This document shows positions 1-8,072 of a stretch of 64,000 nt of DNA, piece after piece. A program made the position numbers and the translations under genes. The notes beneath the pieces were generated by a model. It had not been told where the DNA came from, made no database searches, and saw only the letters and a list, made by a program, of their open reading frames with translations. Numbering within the stretch: position 1 is the first letter of the stretch; each line of letters starts with the position of its first letter. This DNA is from a virus, in IMG/VR virus record IMGVR_UViG_3300020438_004435; one strand, 5' to 3'.

Positions 1-282
1 ATTTAATCTTTTAATGGATATCAAATTAGGTCTAGAAAATGAAGCATCCAGATTATGTGTTTTAATATCTAATTTTAATGTTATATCATCAGACTGTATT
101 TCTACATCTTCTATACTTCTAGGGCTTGAAGGATATTTGGCATTAGGATAATTATCTATTATCAATTCCCTAACATGTGCTTCCACTATATCACCTACAC
201 CTCTCTGCATAATACCTCTACCCACCGGAATATAATCAGGCATTTCAGTATTTAATAGATATTCAATTTTCTCTATTTCCAA
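1..282 (-). CDS. Partial ORF running off the window start, not in the track; possible PD-(D/E)xK restriction-endonuclease-like protein
   Basis: Open frame from TTG at 282 to position 1 reads LEIEKIEYLLNTEMPDYIPVGRGIMQRGVGDIVEAHVRE...PRSIEDVEIQ...LDIKTHNLDASFSRPNLISIKRLN. The ED...DxK spacing is nuclease-like. Confidence 0.5.
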   Translation of the reverse strand, partial: MEIEKIEYLLNTEMPDYIPVGRGIMQRGVGDIVEAHVRELIIDNYPNAKYPSSPRSIEDVEIQSDDITLKLDIKTHNLDASFSRPNLISIKRLN

Positions 283-620
283 AATACCTGTATTAATACC
301 ATACATGTTGCTAATCCTAAGGATACCCAAGTTTTTGTATTTAATGGTTCATTCATAAACCACCATGTTAAAAATGCAAATGATATCATACCTAATGCAA
401 ATACAACCAATCGCTGTGGCCATAACAATCCATCAAATCCCTCATATGCCATTTTTGTAGCTATTATAAACAAATAACTAATAGGTATTCCTAATAATGA
501 TAATGTTATTGGATTCTTCTCAAACCATTTCCATACAAATTGTCCATTGATTTGAAGCCATACTAAAGTCTGTGTAATGAAAAATAACCCACTACTTATT
601 ATAATTAATTTTATATTCAT
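273..620 (-). CDS. Small integral membrane protein with about 4 TM helices (DMT/SMR-like topology)
   Basis: 115 aa with four hydrophobic segments. Confidence 0.55.
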   Translation of the reverse strand: MNIKLIIISSGLFFITQTLVWLQINGQFVWKWFEKNPITLSLLGIPISYLFIIATKMAYEGFDGLLWPQRLVVFALGMISFAFLTWWFMNEPLNTKTWVSLGLATCMVLIQVFWK

Positions 621-1073
621 CTATTCTATTATTGTTGTTGTAAAATATTTATTGAATTTTTTATATTCAGGTAATTCCATTAACCTCTTTTTTTGTCGAT
701 AATTATGAGATCCATTTTTTGATTTCATTTTCCAAAATGATTCCCTTTGTGGCCTTGGCTTATTAGCATCTGGATCAAACCTTGATCCAAATAATTTTGC
801 AATATACTCAGGAGTATGCCACTTGCCAATTATCTCCCAACCTGATCTATTTGCTGTTTTTCTTACATGATGATTCATTGTATATGATCCATCTGATAAA
901 AATAATTTATATCTATTAATACCAATTCTTTTAGATCCTATAACCATATATTCTTTTGGTTTATCTAATACCATTTCCATATCATCAATATAAACTATAC
1001 CGCCCTTTGGAGCTTTTAATTTAATATTTTTTAATACCTGACCATCACCATTTTTCAAAGGAATCCATACCAT
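621..1073 (-). CDS. Hypothetical protein; N-terminal domain shared with ORF 57517..58551
   Basis: LKNGDGQVLK...APKG...LDK.K...GIN.Y.L.L.D...TMN is matched in the second ORF. Confidence 0.75.
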   Translation of the reverse strand: MVWIPLKNGDGQVLKNIKLKAPKGGIVYIDDMEMVLDKPKEYMVIGSKRIGINRYKLFLSDGSYTMNHHVRKTANRSGWEIIGKWHTPEYIAKLFGSRFDPDANKPRPQRESFWKMKSKNGSHNYRQKKRLMELPEYKKFNKYFTTTIIE

Positions 1074-1074
1074 A

Positions 1075-1434
1075 TTAATCTTGATCTAATAATTTTGCAT
1101 AAGCAATTCTAACCTCATCCCTAAGATCCGATATTTCAGGACTACTTATAATACCTATCCTGAACGCTGAACTTGTAAGATAATTAAGACTTCTACGAAC
1201 CTTTAATGGATCAATCATATCTCCTAAATAATCCCTCATCTCAAGAATATTGGTTCTCATTATTTCTGGAGTCTTCCATGTCCCAACATATCTGGATCTC
1301 ATATCCTGCCATACTGGCTCAGCTACTACCATTTTAATATTAGCTGATCTAACCTCAGCTGCTGATGGATTGGACTCTGCAAATTTTTTACATTCCTCAC
1401 CATATAATCTTAATGTCTCTATTTTACGTTTCAT
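1075..1434 (-). CDS. Hypothetical protein
   Basis: 119-aa ORF packed 1 nt from each neighbour. Confidence 0.75.
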   Translation of the reverse strand: MKRKIETLRLYGEECKKFAESNPSAAEVRSANIKMVVAEPVWQDMRSRYVGTWKTPEIMRTNILEMRDYLGDMIDPLKVRRSLNYLTSSAFRIGIISSPEISDLRDEVRIAYAKLLDQD

Positions 1435-1435
1435 A

Positions 1436-1960
1436 TTAAAAGAAAAATTTATGTGTATTATCTATTTTTTTACTATCATTTCTAAACCCTATCAATTTAT
1501 CATATCTCCAAATCTCCTCATTATTCTTATTGAATACCTCTATCATACAATCCATAAATTGATTACACTCATTATGATAATAACCTTTTTTAAGCCATTT
1601 AGTATTTGTATTATACATATCCTTCCAAAGAATCAATCTTTCCGAATAAGAATAATTTACTAATAATTCCTTATTATTAATATCTCTATTCTCTTTATCA
1701 TATAAATCTCTAGATCCATATGTATCAATCTCTGATAATATAATATCAATTGCCTCAAAATTCTTAGCCGCCTTATATCCCATTATAAGACCTTCACACC
1801 AATTAACACATCTTTCCCATCTATCAACAGATTTATTATCATTAAAATAATTTTTTACCTTAGATAACTTTTCATCTAAACTAAATTTAGAACCTTTAAT
1901 AGAAGATCTAACTATTTGCCAATCAGCATTATATTTTGTAATATCTTTACTTTTTCTCAT
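1436..1960 (-). CDS. Hypothetical protein
   Basis: 174-aa ORF directly downstream of the promoter at 1977..2008. Confidence 0.75.
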   Translation of the reverse strand: MRKSKDITKYNADWQIVRSSIKGSKFSLDEKLSKVKNYFNDNKSVDRWERCVNWCEGLIMGYKAAKNFEAIDIILSEIDTYGSRDLYDKENRDINNKELLVNYSYSERLILWKDMYNTNTKWLKKGYYHNECNQFMDCMIEVFNKNNEEIWRYDKLIGFRNDSKKIDNTHKFFF

Positions 1961-1976
1961 CTCATTTATTTATATC

Positions 1977-2008
1977 TAAATATACGAAAAATATCTCATA
2001 TAACCAAA
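1977..2008 (-). promoter_or_regulatory. Bacteroidota-type housekeeping sigma promoter
   Basis: Minus strand reads TTTG (2008-2005), 20 nt, TATATTTA (1984-1977); resembles the -33 TTTG / -7 TAnnTTTG consensus. Confidence 0.7.
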
Positions 2009-2035
2009 TAATTTCGCTATTATTTTAGAAAGTTG

Positions 2036-2109
2036 TGAACCGAAAAGGATTCGAACCTTTGACCTATTGCTTAGAAGGCAATTGCTCTATCCAACTGAGC
2101 TACCGGTCC
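2036..2109 (-). tRNA. tRNA-Arg (anticodon TCT)
   Basis: Cloverleaf: GGACCGG/TCGGTTC acceptor stem, ATTGC-CT-TCT-AA-GCAAT anticodon arm, GGTTCGAAT T-loop; no encoded CCA. Confidence 0.95.
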
Positions 2110-2113
2110 ATTG

Positions 2114-2185
2114 TACTCCGACGGAGAATCGAACTCCGATTACATGGATGAAAACCATGCGTCCTAACCATTAGACGACCGGAGC
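2114..2185 (-). tRNA. tRNA-Glu (anticodon TTC)
   Basis: GCTCCGG/TCGGAGT acceptor stem, CATGG-TT-TTC-AT-CCATG anticodon arm, GTTCGAT T-loop; no encoded CCA. Confidence 0.93.
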
Positions 2186-2190
2186 AAATA

Positions 2191-2442
2191 TTAGTCTTTT
2201 ATCACCAATTCGTATTCGCCTGAGATATACTCTTTTCTACCCTTAGCATACTCTATTGGATTTTTTTGATGTGTCTTAAATGACGAATAACTATCCGGTC
2301 CATCTTTAAGTATTTGCACTTCACCATATCCTGGCCAGTGAGGTCCTTTAGTCATTTCTACTATAATTTGTTTTCTAACTGGCGTGTTAGAGTGATCCAT
2401 ATTGAACCACGCTTGTTTTAATAATGTTCTTTCTAAACTCAT
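2191..2442 (-). CDS. Hypothetical protein between tRNA genes
   Basis: 83-aa ORF with A-rich leader. Confidence 0.65.
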   Translation of the reverse strand: MSLERTLLKQAWFNMDHSNTPVRKQIIVEMTKGPHWPGYGEVQILKDGPDSYSSFKTHQKNPIEYAKGRKEYISGEYELVIKD

Positions 2443-2457
2443 AATTTTTAATTTTTG

Positions 2458-2531
<74 letters not shown>

Positions 2532-2533
2532 TG

Positions 2534-2713
2534 TTATATACATAACTTTTCTTTTAATCTTTTAACATGCTTACATTCCTGAAATGGTCTATACATAGCT
2601 GCTGGACATTCACATCCAAAATCATCATTAGATGTTCTGGATATCTTATAATATTTTAACTTACCAGTCTTCTTATCTCTAGATCCCATCTCACTATAAA
2701 ACCACTTTTCCAT
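2534..2713 (-). CDS. Small SWIM-type zinc-finger protein (59 aa, not in the track)
   Basis: MEKWFYSEMGSRDKKTGKLKYYKISRTSNDDFGCECPAAMYRPFQECKHVKRLKEKLCI has a CxC-x10-CxH motif. Confidence 0.7.
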   Translation of the reverse strand: MEKWFYSEMGSRDKKTGKLKYYKISRTSNDDFGCECPAAMYRPFQECKHVKRLKEKLCI

Positions 2714-2714
2714 A

Positions 2715-2819
2715 TTATATTAGTTTTCTTTTTTTTGCATCTTCAATAGATAAATACTCTATTTCGTCTGGCCATAATACTTCTACGTGATCTTTGTATA
2801 TTTTAATCTTTGGTCCCAT
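2715..2819 (-). CDS. 34-aa hypothetical protein (not in the track)
   Basis: MGPKIKIYKDHVEVLWPDEIEYLSIEDAKKRKLI fills the gap between neighbours with 1-nt spacers. Confidence 0.5.
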   Translation of the reverse strand: MGPKIKIYKDHVEVLWPDEIEYLSIEDAKKRKLI

Positions 2820-2820
2820 G

Positions 2821-3204
2821 TTACTGTATATTTTCTGATTCGTTAGCCATTGCCATATCTAATTCTAAAGAGCAAGGTATCTCCCCGTCTTCTTCAATAA
2901 TCTGTATGTCAGTCATAAGTGATAAAGCTTCTTGAGGAGTTATATGTAAGTTTTGAGGATTGTTTTGTCTTTGTACCTCTGTATAAACTACTATCTCTTG
3001 GTACATATCAATGTCGGAAGCTTTGATTAAGGTACCTTGGTCATCTAGATGAGATTTGAAGATTAATACTTCTCCAACTTGTACTAGGTCTGTTAACTCT
3101 TTTTTCGTCAACTTAAAGAAGTCTTCAGTAATTGTATATATGTGGTATTCAGTTACTGAATGTGATTGAGTTGATCTTGCTTGTAAATTTAATTTTGATT
3201 TCAT
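2821..3204 (-). CDS. Hypothetical acidic protein; C-terminal tail shared with the adjacent ORF
   Basis: 127 aa ending IPCSLELDMAMANESENIQ. Confidence 0.7.
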   Translation of the reverse strand: MKSKLNLQARSTQSHSVTEYHIYTITEDFFKLTKKELTDLVQVGEVLIFKSHLDDQGTLIKASDIDMYQEIVVYTEVQRQNNPQNLHITPQEALSLMTDIQIIEEDGEIPCSLELDMAMANESENIQ

Positions 3205-3265
3205 ATTATTGTATATTTTCTGATTCGTTAGCCCATTCCATATCTAATTCTTTTGAGCATGGTAC
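2821..3265. repeat. Direct repeat of about 60 nt (2821..2880 and 3206..3265)
   Basis: 51 of 60 positions identical by manual alignment; each copy encodes the last 19 residues and stop codon of one gene. Confidence 0.9.
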
Positions 3266-3484
3266 AATATTATGCTTTTCAACTAATGCATTGTATGCCT
3301 TATCATATTCCTTGTCGAATAGATCCAAGTCTAATGGAGTCGCATTTTCAAGAACGTATTGTTCATGATTCTTTTTTAGTGTTTCTAATTCAAATTCAAA
3401 CGCAACTCTTTCAGTTGTTTTATTATCAATTTCTTGTAGTCTAGCAATTTCAGTCTGCAACTCTTGTAATCTTTCTTTTGTCAT
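3206..3484 (-). CDS. Hypothetical coiled-coil protein
   Basis: 92 aa ending VPCSKELDMEWANESENIQ. Confidence 0.7.
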   Translation of the reverse strand: MTKERLQELQTEIARLQEIDNKTTERVAFEFELETLKKNHEQYVLENATPLDLDLFDKEYDKAYNALVEKHNIVPCSKELDMEWANESENIQ

Positions 3485-3485
3485 T

Positions 3486-3650
3486 TTATTTATATTTTTT
3501 AATCAATTCTTTATAGTTTTCCATGATGTAAATAATTTCTTCTTTATTTAATCCTGTTAACATTTTTACATTTGTTAAGTCGAACATATTTGTTACTCCG
3601 CTTAATCTACACCCTTCATATCTATTGAATTGTGTTTTAGTAATTTTCAT
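3486..3650 (-). CDS. 54-aa phage protein, DUF5049-like (not in the track)
   Basis: MKITKTQFNRYEGCRLSGVTNMFDLTNVKMLTGLNKEEIIYIMENYKELIKKYK contains an R.SG.TNMFD motif. Confidence 0.65.
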   Translation of the reverse strand: MKITKTQFNRYEGCRLSGVTNMFDLTNVKMLTGLNKEEIIYIMENYKELIKKYK

Positions 3651-3658
3651 ATCCGTTA

Positions 3659-3901
3659 TCATACTAATATCATATGTTTAGGAACATTATATATATTTCC
3701 ATTTATATTCACTTTACATTTTTTATGATTTACCTTTACTACCTCACAAGATACGCCAGCGAACTTAGGCGAATCTATTTGAACTTTCTGGCCTATCTTA
3801 AATCCGGAATGTTTCAAAGCCATCATTGTTTCTATTTGACCTTTTAATGTTTGTAATTCTTCATAAGACATTAAATGAAGATTTTCGAAATTTTTTTGCA
3901 T
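3659..3901 (-). CDS. Small protein with KOW/SH3-like C-terminus
   Basis: FKIGQKVQI...GVSCEVVKVNHKKCKV pattern. Confidence 0.6.
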   Translation of the reverse strand: MQKNFENLHLMSYEELQTLKGQIETMMALKHSGFKIGQKVQIDSPKFAGVSCEVVKVNHKKCKVNINGNIYNVPKHMILV

Positions 3902-3916
3902 TTTTTAATATTTTTA

Positions 3917-3990
3917 TTAGCACTCTAGAACTTTGTGTTCCTTATTATTTATATATAAATATACGAAGAATATCGCACTTTTCCTACAAA
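3917..3990 (-). promoter_or_regulatory. Promoter plus conserved 5' leader (copy 1)
   Basis: TATATTTA at 3963-3956, GAAC-N5-GTTC hairpin, then GAGTGCTAA; homologous to 5424..5493. Confidence 0.6.
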
Positions 3991-4114
3991 AATCGCAGGT
4001 ATTTTAATAAAGTTATGAACAATATTAATGGCCATTCTATGAATACAAGCCATGATATATTGATAGTATGATATAGTAAATTTAATAATATTATTAGTGT
4101 TATTAGTTCAATCA

Positions 4115-5407
4115 TTATACCGATCTTCCATTTTCATAAACATGCTTTACTGTTGGAAATCTTAATGATATTCCACCCTCCTGATTCTTTGTCTCTTCGA
4201 AGTATTGAACTGTAATAGTCTTACCTATAATCTTACTATGATCTTTACCGAACTCTTTTCTTTGTTCTAAAGAGAATCCTGATCCAACTCCAACCTTATG
4301 GCCTTTATGTTTAATCATAATTTGGCTTAAAGCATTTATAGTCTTTTCTTTACCTTCTGACACTATTCTAATATCTCCATTAGTAGCTCCCATAACCTTA
4401 TATTCCTCATCATGGAACTTCTTAACTTTTAATAGATTTTTTGTTCTCTTACCTTCATATTTTACATTCTTTCTTAACATGATACCTTCCCAATTATTAT
4501 CGGCAGCTAACTTAACCCATGTCTCAAAATGATCATCGCCTGTAATTACAGCTTGTTCTTCATACATTAAGTGATGCGAATAATTAGATGTAATTTGATA
4601 AAGAAAAGTCCTTAATGTTTGTAATCTATGCTCTAACCAACTAGAGTCAGCTTCTCCATTAAATTCCTTTATATGTAACATATCAAATATCTTAAATACT
4701 GGATCCTCGATAGTATGATCTTTTTTCTTAATTTCTTTCATTACACTTTGAAAATCTTCATTCATATTTTCATCTAGCAAACAAATCTCTCCATCAAATA
4801 CATAATTAACAATACCAGTAGATTCGATAGCCTTCTTTATTTTATCCAATGTTGTAAATTCATTTCCTACTCTAGAATATAATTTACATTTACCTTCTTC
4901 ATCAACAATAGCTAAACATCTTACTCCATCTAATTTTCTAGATGCATACCAGGTATCATTCCAATCTACTAATTTAGGCTCATATACATTAGCTAATGCT
5001 ACTTTGAATTCTGGTATTAAATTTGGAATAACCTTATTAATAACAGATTCAGAAGCTCTTATTTCAAGGTTTCTATCTAATATAGAGAATATAAGATCTT
5101 CGAATCCTTTATTAACCTCTACAAATCTATTAACTAATTTAATTGCATCATGACCTGTAACTTTTCTTGTTGCTAAAAAATCTAAAACCTGAAATAATGT
5201 ATGATGGCCTTGTGCTATCTTATCACTATTCTTCTTACAGTTCTTACTAGTAACATGATATTTGAAATAAGGATTATAAGTATAATATAATACCTTTGTA
5301 ATAAAGGAATCATCCTCTATACTTTTAATAATTTTCTTTTTCTCTAATAGAGAAGATGTAGATTTCATTCTATCTACAAACTCTTGTAACCTTTCTAATT
5401 CTTTCAT
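4115..5407 (-). CDS. lig: ATP-dependent DNA ligase
   Basis: Motif I RKLDGVRC, FDGEI, FKIFD, WEGIMLR, LLKVKK; OB-fold VGSGFS and SLRFPTV. Confidence 0.96.
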   Translation of the reverse strand: MKELERLQEFVDRMKSTSSLLEKKKIIKSIEDDSFITKVLYYTYNPYFKYHVTSKNCKKNSDKIAQGHHTLFQVLDFLATRKVTGHDAIKLVNRFVEVNKGFEDLIFSILDRNLEIRASESVINKVIPNLIPEFKVALANVYEPKLVDWNDTWYASRKLDGVRCLAIVDEEGKCKLYSRVGNEFTTLDKIKKAIESTGIVNYVFDGEICLLDENMNEDFQSVMKEIKKKDHTIEDPVFKIFDMLHIKEFNGEADSSWLEHRLQTLRTFLYQITSNYSHHLMYEEQAVITGDDHFETWVKLAADNNWEGIMLRKNVKYEGKRTKNLLKVKKFHDEEYKVMGATNGDIRIVSEGKEKTINALSQIMIKHKGHKVGVGSGFSLEQRKEFGKDHSKIIGKTITVQYFEETKNQEGGISLRFPTVKHVYENGRSV

Positions 5408-5423
5408 TATATTTTTAATTTTA

Positions 5424-5493
5424 TTAGCACTCTTGAGCTTCGCGCTCTTATTTATTTATATATAAATATACGAAAAATATATGACATATACAA
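5424..5493 (-). promoter_or_regulatory. Promoter plus conserved 5' leader (copy 2)
   Basis: TTG (5493-5491), 20 nt, TATATTTA (5470-5463), GAGC-N5-GCTC hairpin, GAGTGCTAA. Confidence 0.65.
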
Positions 5494-5544
5494 CCTTTTT
5501 CGCAGTTATTTTGCAAAAAAGTGTAAAAAGTTATGAAAAATTGA

Positions 5545-5943
5545 TTATTTTTTTACTTTTATGTGAATTACTTCCTGGACTTCAGTATTGATTCTTTTAA
5601 GTCCTTCATCGTTTGTAACTAGCATGCAATTTCTATAATTATCCCAATCAACCTGGTAAGTTGTGTCAAGAACGCCATTATTTAACATTTTTATAAGAAC
5701 ATTTAATGCATTAATAGTATATAATGTATTTGTCATTTTTTTACGATGTAATGAAATTGTATTTGCTAAAATATTTACCTGAGTAGATGCGTCTATATTA
5801 TATGTGCACATTAATTCCGGTGTTTCTTTACTTTTTAATACGAAAACCTTATTAAAAAGAATATCATATGATTCTATTATTGTATCAACCGTAGGGTGTA
5901 ATACCTTAGGTGATGAAAAAGTACATAGTAATTGTGTTCTCAT
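5545..5943 (-). CDS. Hypothetical phage protein
   Basis: 132-aa ORF with A-rich leader. Confidence 0.75.
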   Translation of the reverse strand: MRTQLLCTFSSPKVLHPTVDTIIESYDILFNKVFVLKSKETPELMCTYNIDASTQVNILANTISLHRKKMTNTLYTINALNVLIKMLNNGVLDTTYQVDWDNYRNCMLVTNDEGLKRINTEVQEVIHIKVKK

Positions 5944-5968
5944 TATTTATTCTTTTCTTCTTTTTGCA

Positions 5969-8038
5969 TTATATTTTTCCTAATACTTTTGAGCCATCCA
6001 TTATACTACCCCCTGATACTGAGAATGAGAACGTATCCCTACTTCCAGATCTTAAATCTACTTGTGTATACTTTGTTCCTTTTTCTGTTATAGAATGTAG
6101 AATCCACATTTTTACAGCAGTATAACCTTTACCCTTTTGAACACTTGATTCCACAACTACACCAGGTACGGATTTTCCATCCTTAACTGCATCGGTCATG
6201 TTCATAGCTTTAAGTTTATCTTCTCTAAATTCTTTTCCACTCTTTAGGTATTCCCAAGCTGTCCCACTAATATCTGCTCCGTATACTTTGAACATTGGTA
6301 AGTCCGTTTTTCCAAAATACATTTCCTTTTCCAATTCTACGAATTCTTCTAATACAGTTGTGACATCCTTTATTTCACCTTTAGAACTTGCAAGCATTTT
6401 TGTTAAGTGTTCATAAGCAGTAAAGTTAATCATAAGCTTTATTATATAATTTGCACCATCTTTTATATCTTTTATTGTATAATCTTCAGGACCTGCTGAT
6501 ATTTTTGTAGGATATATTCCGTCATTTGCGACGTTTAATAGTCTTTCTAAAATACTCCATTGTTGTTGAGCTTTGTTTAGTAGGTTATTAGAATATGACT
6601 TATCCTTATTCATGGCAGCTCTTGCAACCATCTCAGCATAGGCACCATAACTATATCTAGGTGATTTAGCTTCCTTTAACGTCAGAGGTGCTTTATTAAA
6701 TTCCTTTTTCATAAATGATTCGAGTGATGATGAAGGTTTATTCATACTAAACGTAAGGCTTTTTAGAACTGAGGATGAGAATTTAGCAACCTTGTTTTTT
6801 GCCTTATCTAATAAGGTTGTAAACTTATCCTTAATATATTTTAATCCCTGCTTAAAGTATTGTGCTAGGCCTTCATTTAATAAAAATCCTTTATCGCCAT
6901 GTTCAGCAATTTCCTTTTGTAGATAAACCCTCCATGTATCCATAGGTTCCTTTAATCCATACATATCTGCAAATGCTACCTGAATTCTACCTAGCTGGGC
7001 TCCGCCCTTTTTAAGTTTATTACTTATTTGAAAAAATTCAATACCGGATTCCGTTTTGCACTTGCCTGAACTATCGAATTCTATTTTCTCACTTTTCATT
7101 GCTGTGATAAGAGCTTGAGTACTTCCTTTAACTATAACCGTATCTGCTGTATTGTCCTTAAAGCCTGAAGTATCAAGATTTTTATTTTCATATCCAGCCT
7201 TATAATAATTACCTATACTTGAGTGTATAAAATTCCAACCTTTACAGCCATGTGCCGATGCAAATGCATGTACGCCGTTTGCTAATTCTAAAGCACGTAT
7301 TACATCAGGTATACCTTCTATAGCGCTTAGTCCAGAAGCTCCTGCATATTCGCCTGATTTACCTAAGGCAGACTTGAAAGCATTGATTGCACCCTCAACA
7401 TCTGATTGTTGAGCATTTGGAGTCATTATTTTTGTGTAGTAAGATGTAGGGTCAAAATATAATCCTGTACAAGCTGCTGATTCTAATTCTTTTTCTCCCC
7501 AAGATATCTTAAATGATGAAGATTTTTTTGTAGCATTCTTAAAAAGTTTTGACATCTTTGTTTTTGCACCGCTTATCTTATATGTTTTACCTCCAGCACT
7601 AATATATGCAATTTTAGGATTTGTTTCTCCTGGTGATAAGTCGACATCGATAGCATCGGATGTTTTTGCAACAACCGTATATGGTCCTTTTGGTGCATCC
7701 TTCCATACATTGAATGTTTGTGCTCCAGCTAGCTGTTCTGTTCCTACAGGCTTATCCCATACAGAAGACTCTACTAGTATACTTTCATCACTAATAATTT
7801 TTCCAACCTTTACACAGAATTCCTGAAATGTTTTTTCATTGAGGTGTTCTGATGGTTGTTGATCCTTACCAGTTGCACTTAGATTAGCTACTAATTCCTT
7901 AATAAATTTATGTGAAAAATTTTGTTCAAACAAAACCTCCATCAATGTTGTCAGATGGTTATCATTAGATACGTCAGGCATTCCATTACCTACTCGCCAA
8001 GACCATTCTCTTAATATTTTATCTGCGTTGAACTTCAT
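5969..8038 (-). CDS. Large hypothetical protein, possibly virion-internal
   Basis: 689 aa; several [L/I]-x-E sites (HLNE, LLNEG, TLKEA); upstream TATTTATA motif. Confidence 0.7.
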   Translation of the reverse strand: MKFNADKILREWSWRVGNGMPDVSNDNHLTTLMEVLFEQNFSHKFIKELVANLSATGKDQQPSEHLNEKTFQEFCVKVGKIISDESILVESSVWDKPVGTEQLAGAQTFNVWKDAPKGPYTVVAKTSDAIDVDLSPGETNPKIAYISAGGKTYKISGAKTKMSKLFKNATKKSSSFKISWGEKELESAACTGLYFDPTSYYTKIMTPNAQQSDVEGAINAFKSALGKSGEYAGASGLSAIEGIPDVIRALELANGVHAFASAHGCKGWNFIHSSIGNYYKAGYENKNLDTSGFKDNTADTVIVKGSTQALITAMKSEKIEFDSSGKCKTESGIEFFQISNKLKKGGAQLGRIQVAFADMYGLKEPMDTWRVYLQKEIAEHGDKGFLLNEGLAQYFKQGLKYIKDKFTTLLDKAKNKVAKFSSSVLKSLTFSMNKPSSSLESFMKKEFNKAPLTLKEAKSPRYSYGAYAEMVARAAMNKDKSYSNNLLNKAQQQWSILERLLNVANDGIYPTKISAGPEDYTIKDIKDGANYIIKLMINFTAYEHLTKMLASSKGEIKDVTTVLEEFVELEKEMYFGKTDLPMFKVYGADISGTAWEYLKSGKEFREDKLKAMNMTDAVKDGKSVPGVVVESSVQKGKGYTAVKMWILHSITEKGTKYTQVDLRSGSRDTFSFSVSGGSIMDGSKVLGKI

Positions 8039-8072
8039 ATCTTATATAAATAGAAATTTTATAGGGGAAACC

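Noticed and set aside
3917-3943. A complete CIRCE operator
   Set aside because: Only one arm is perfect and the other matches 4/9 (5/9 in the second copy); kept only as a half-site observation
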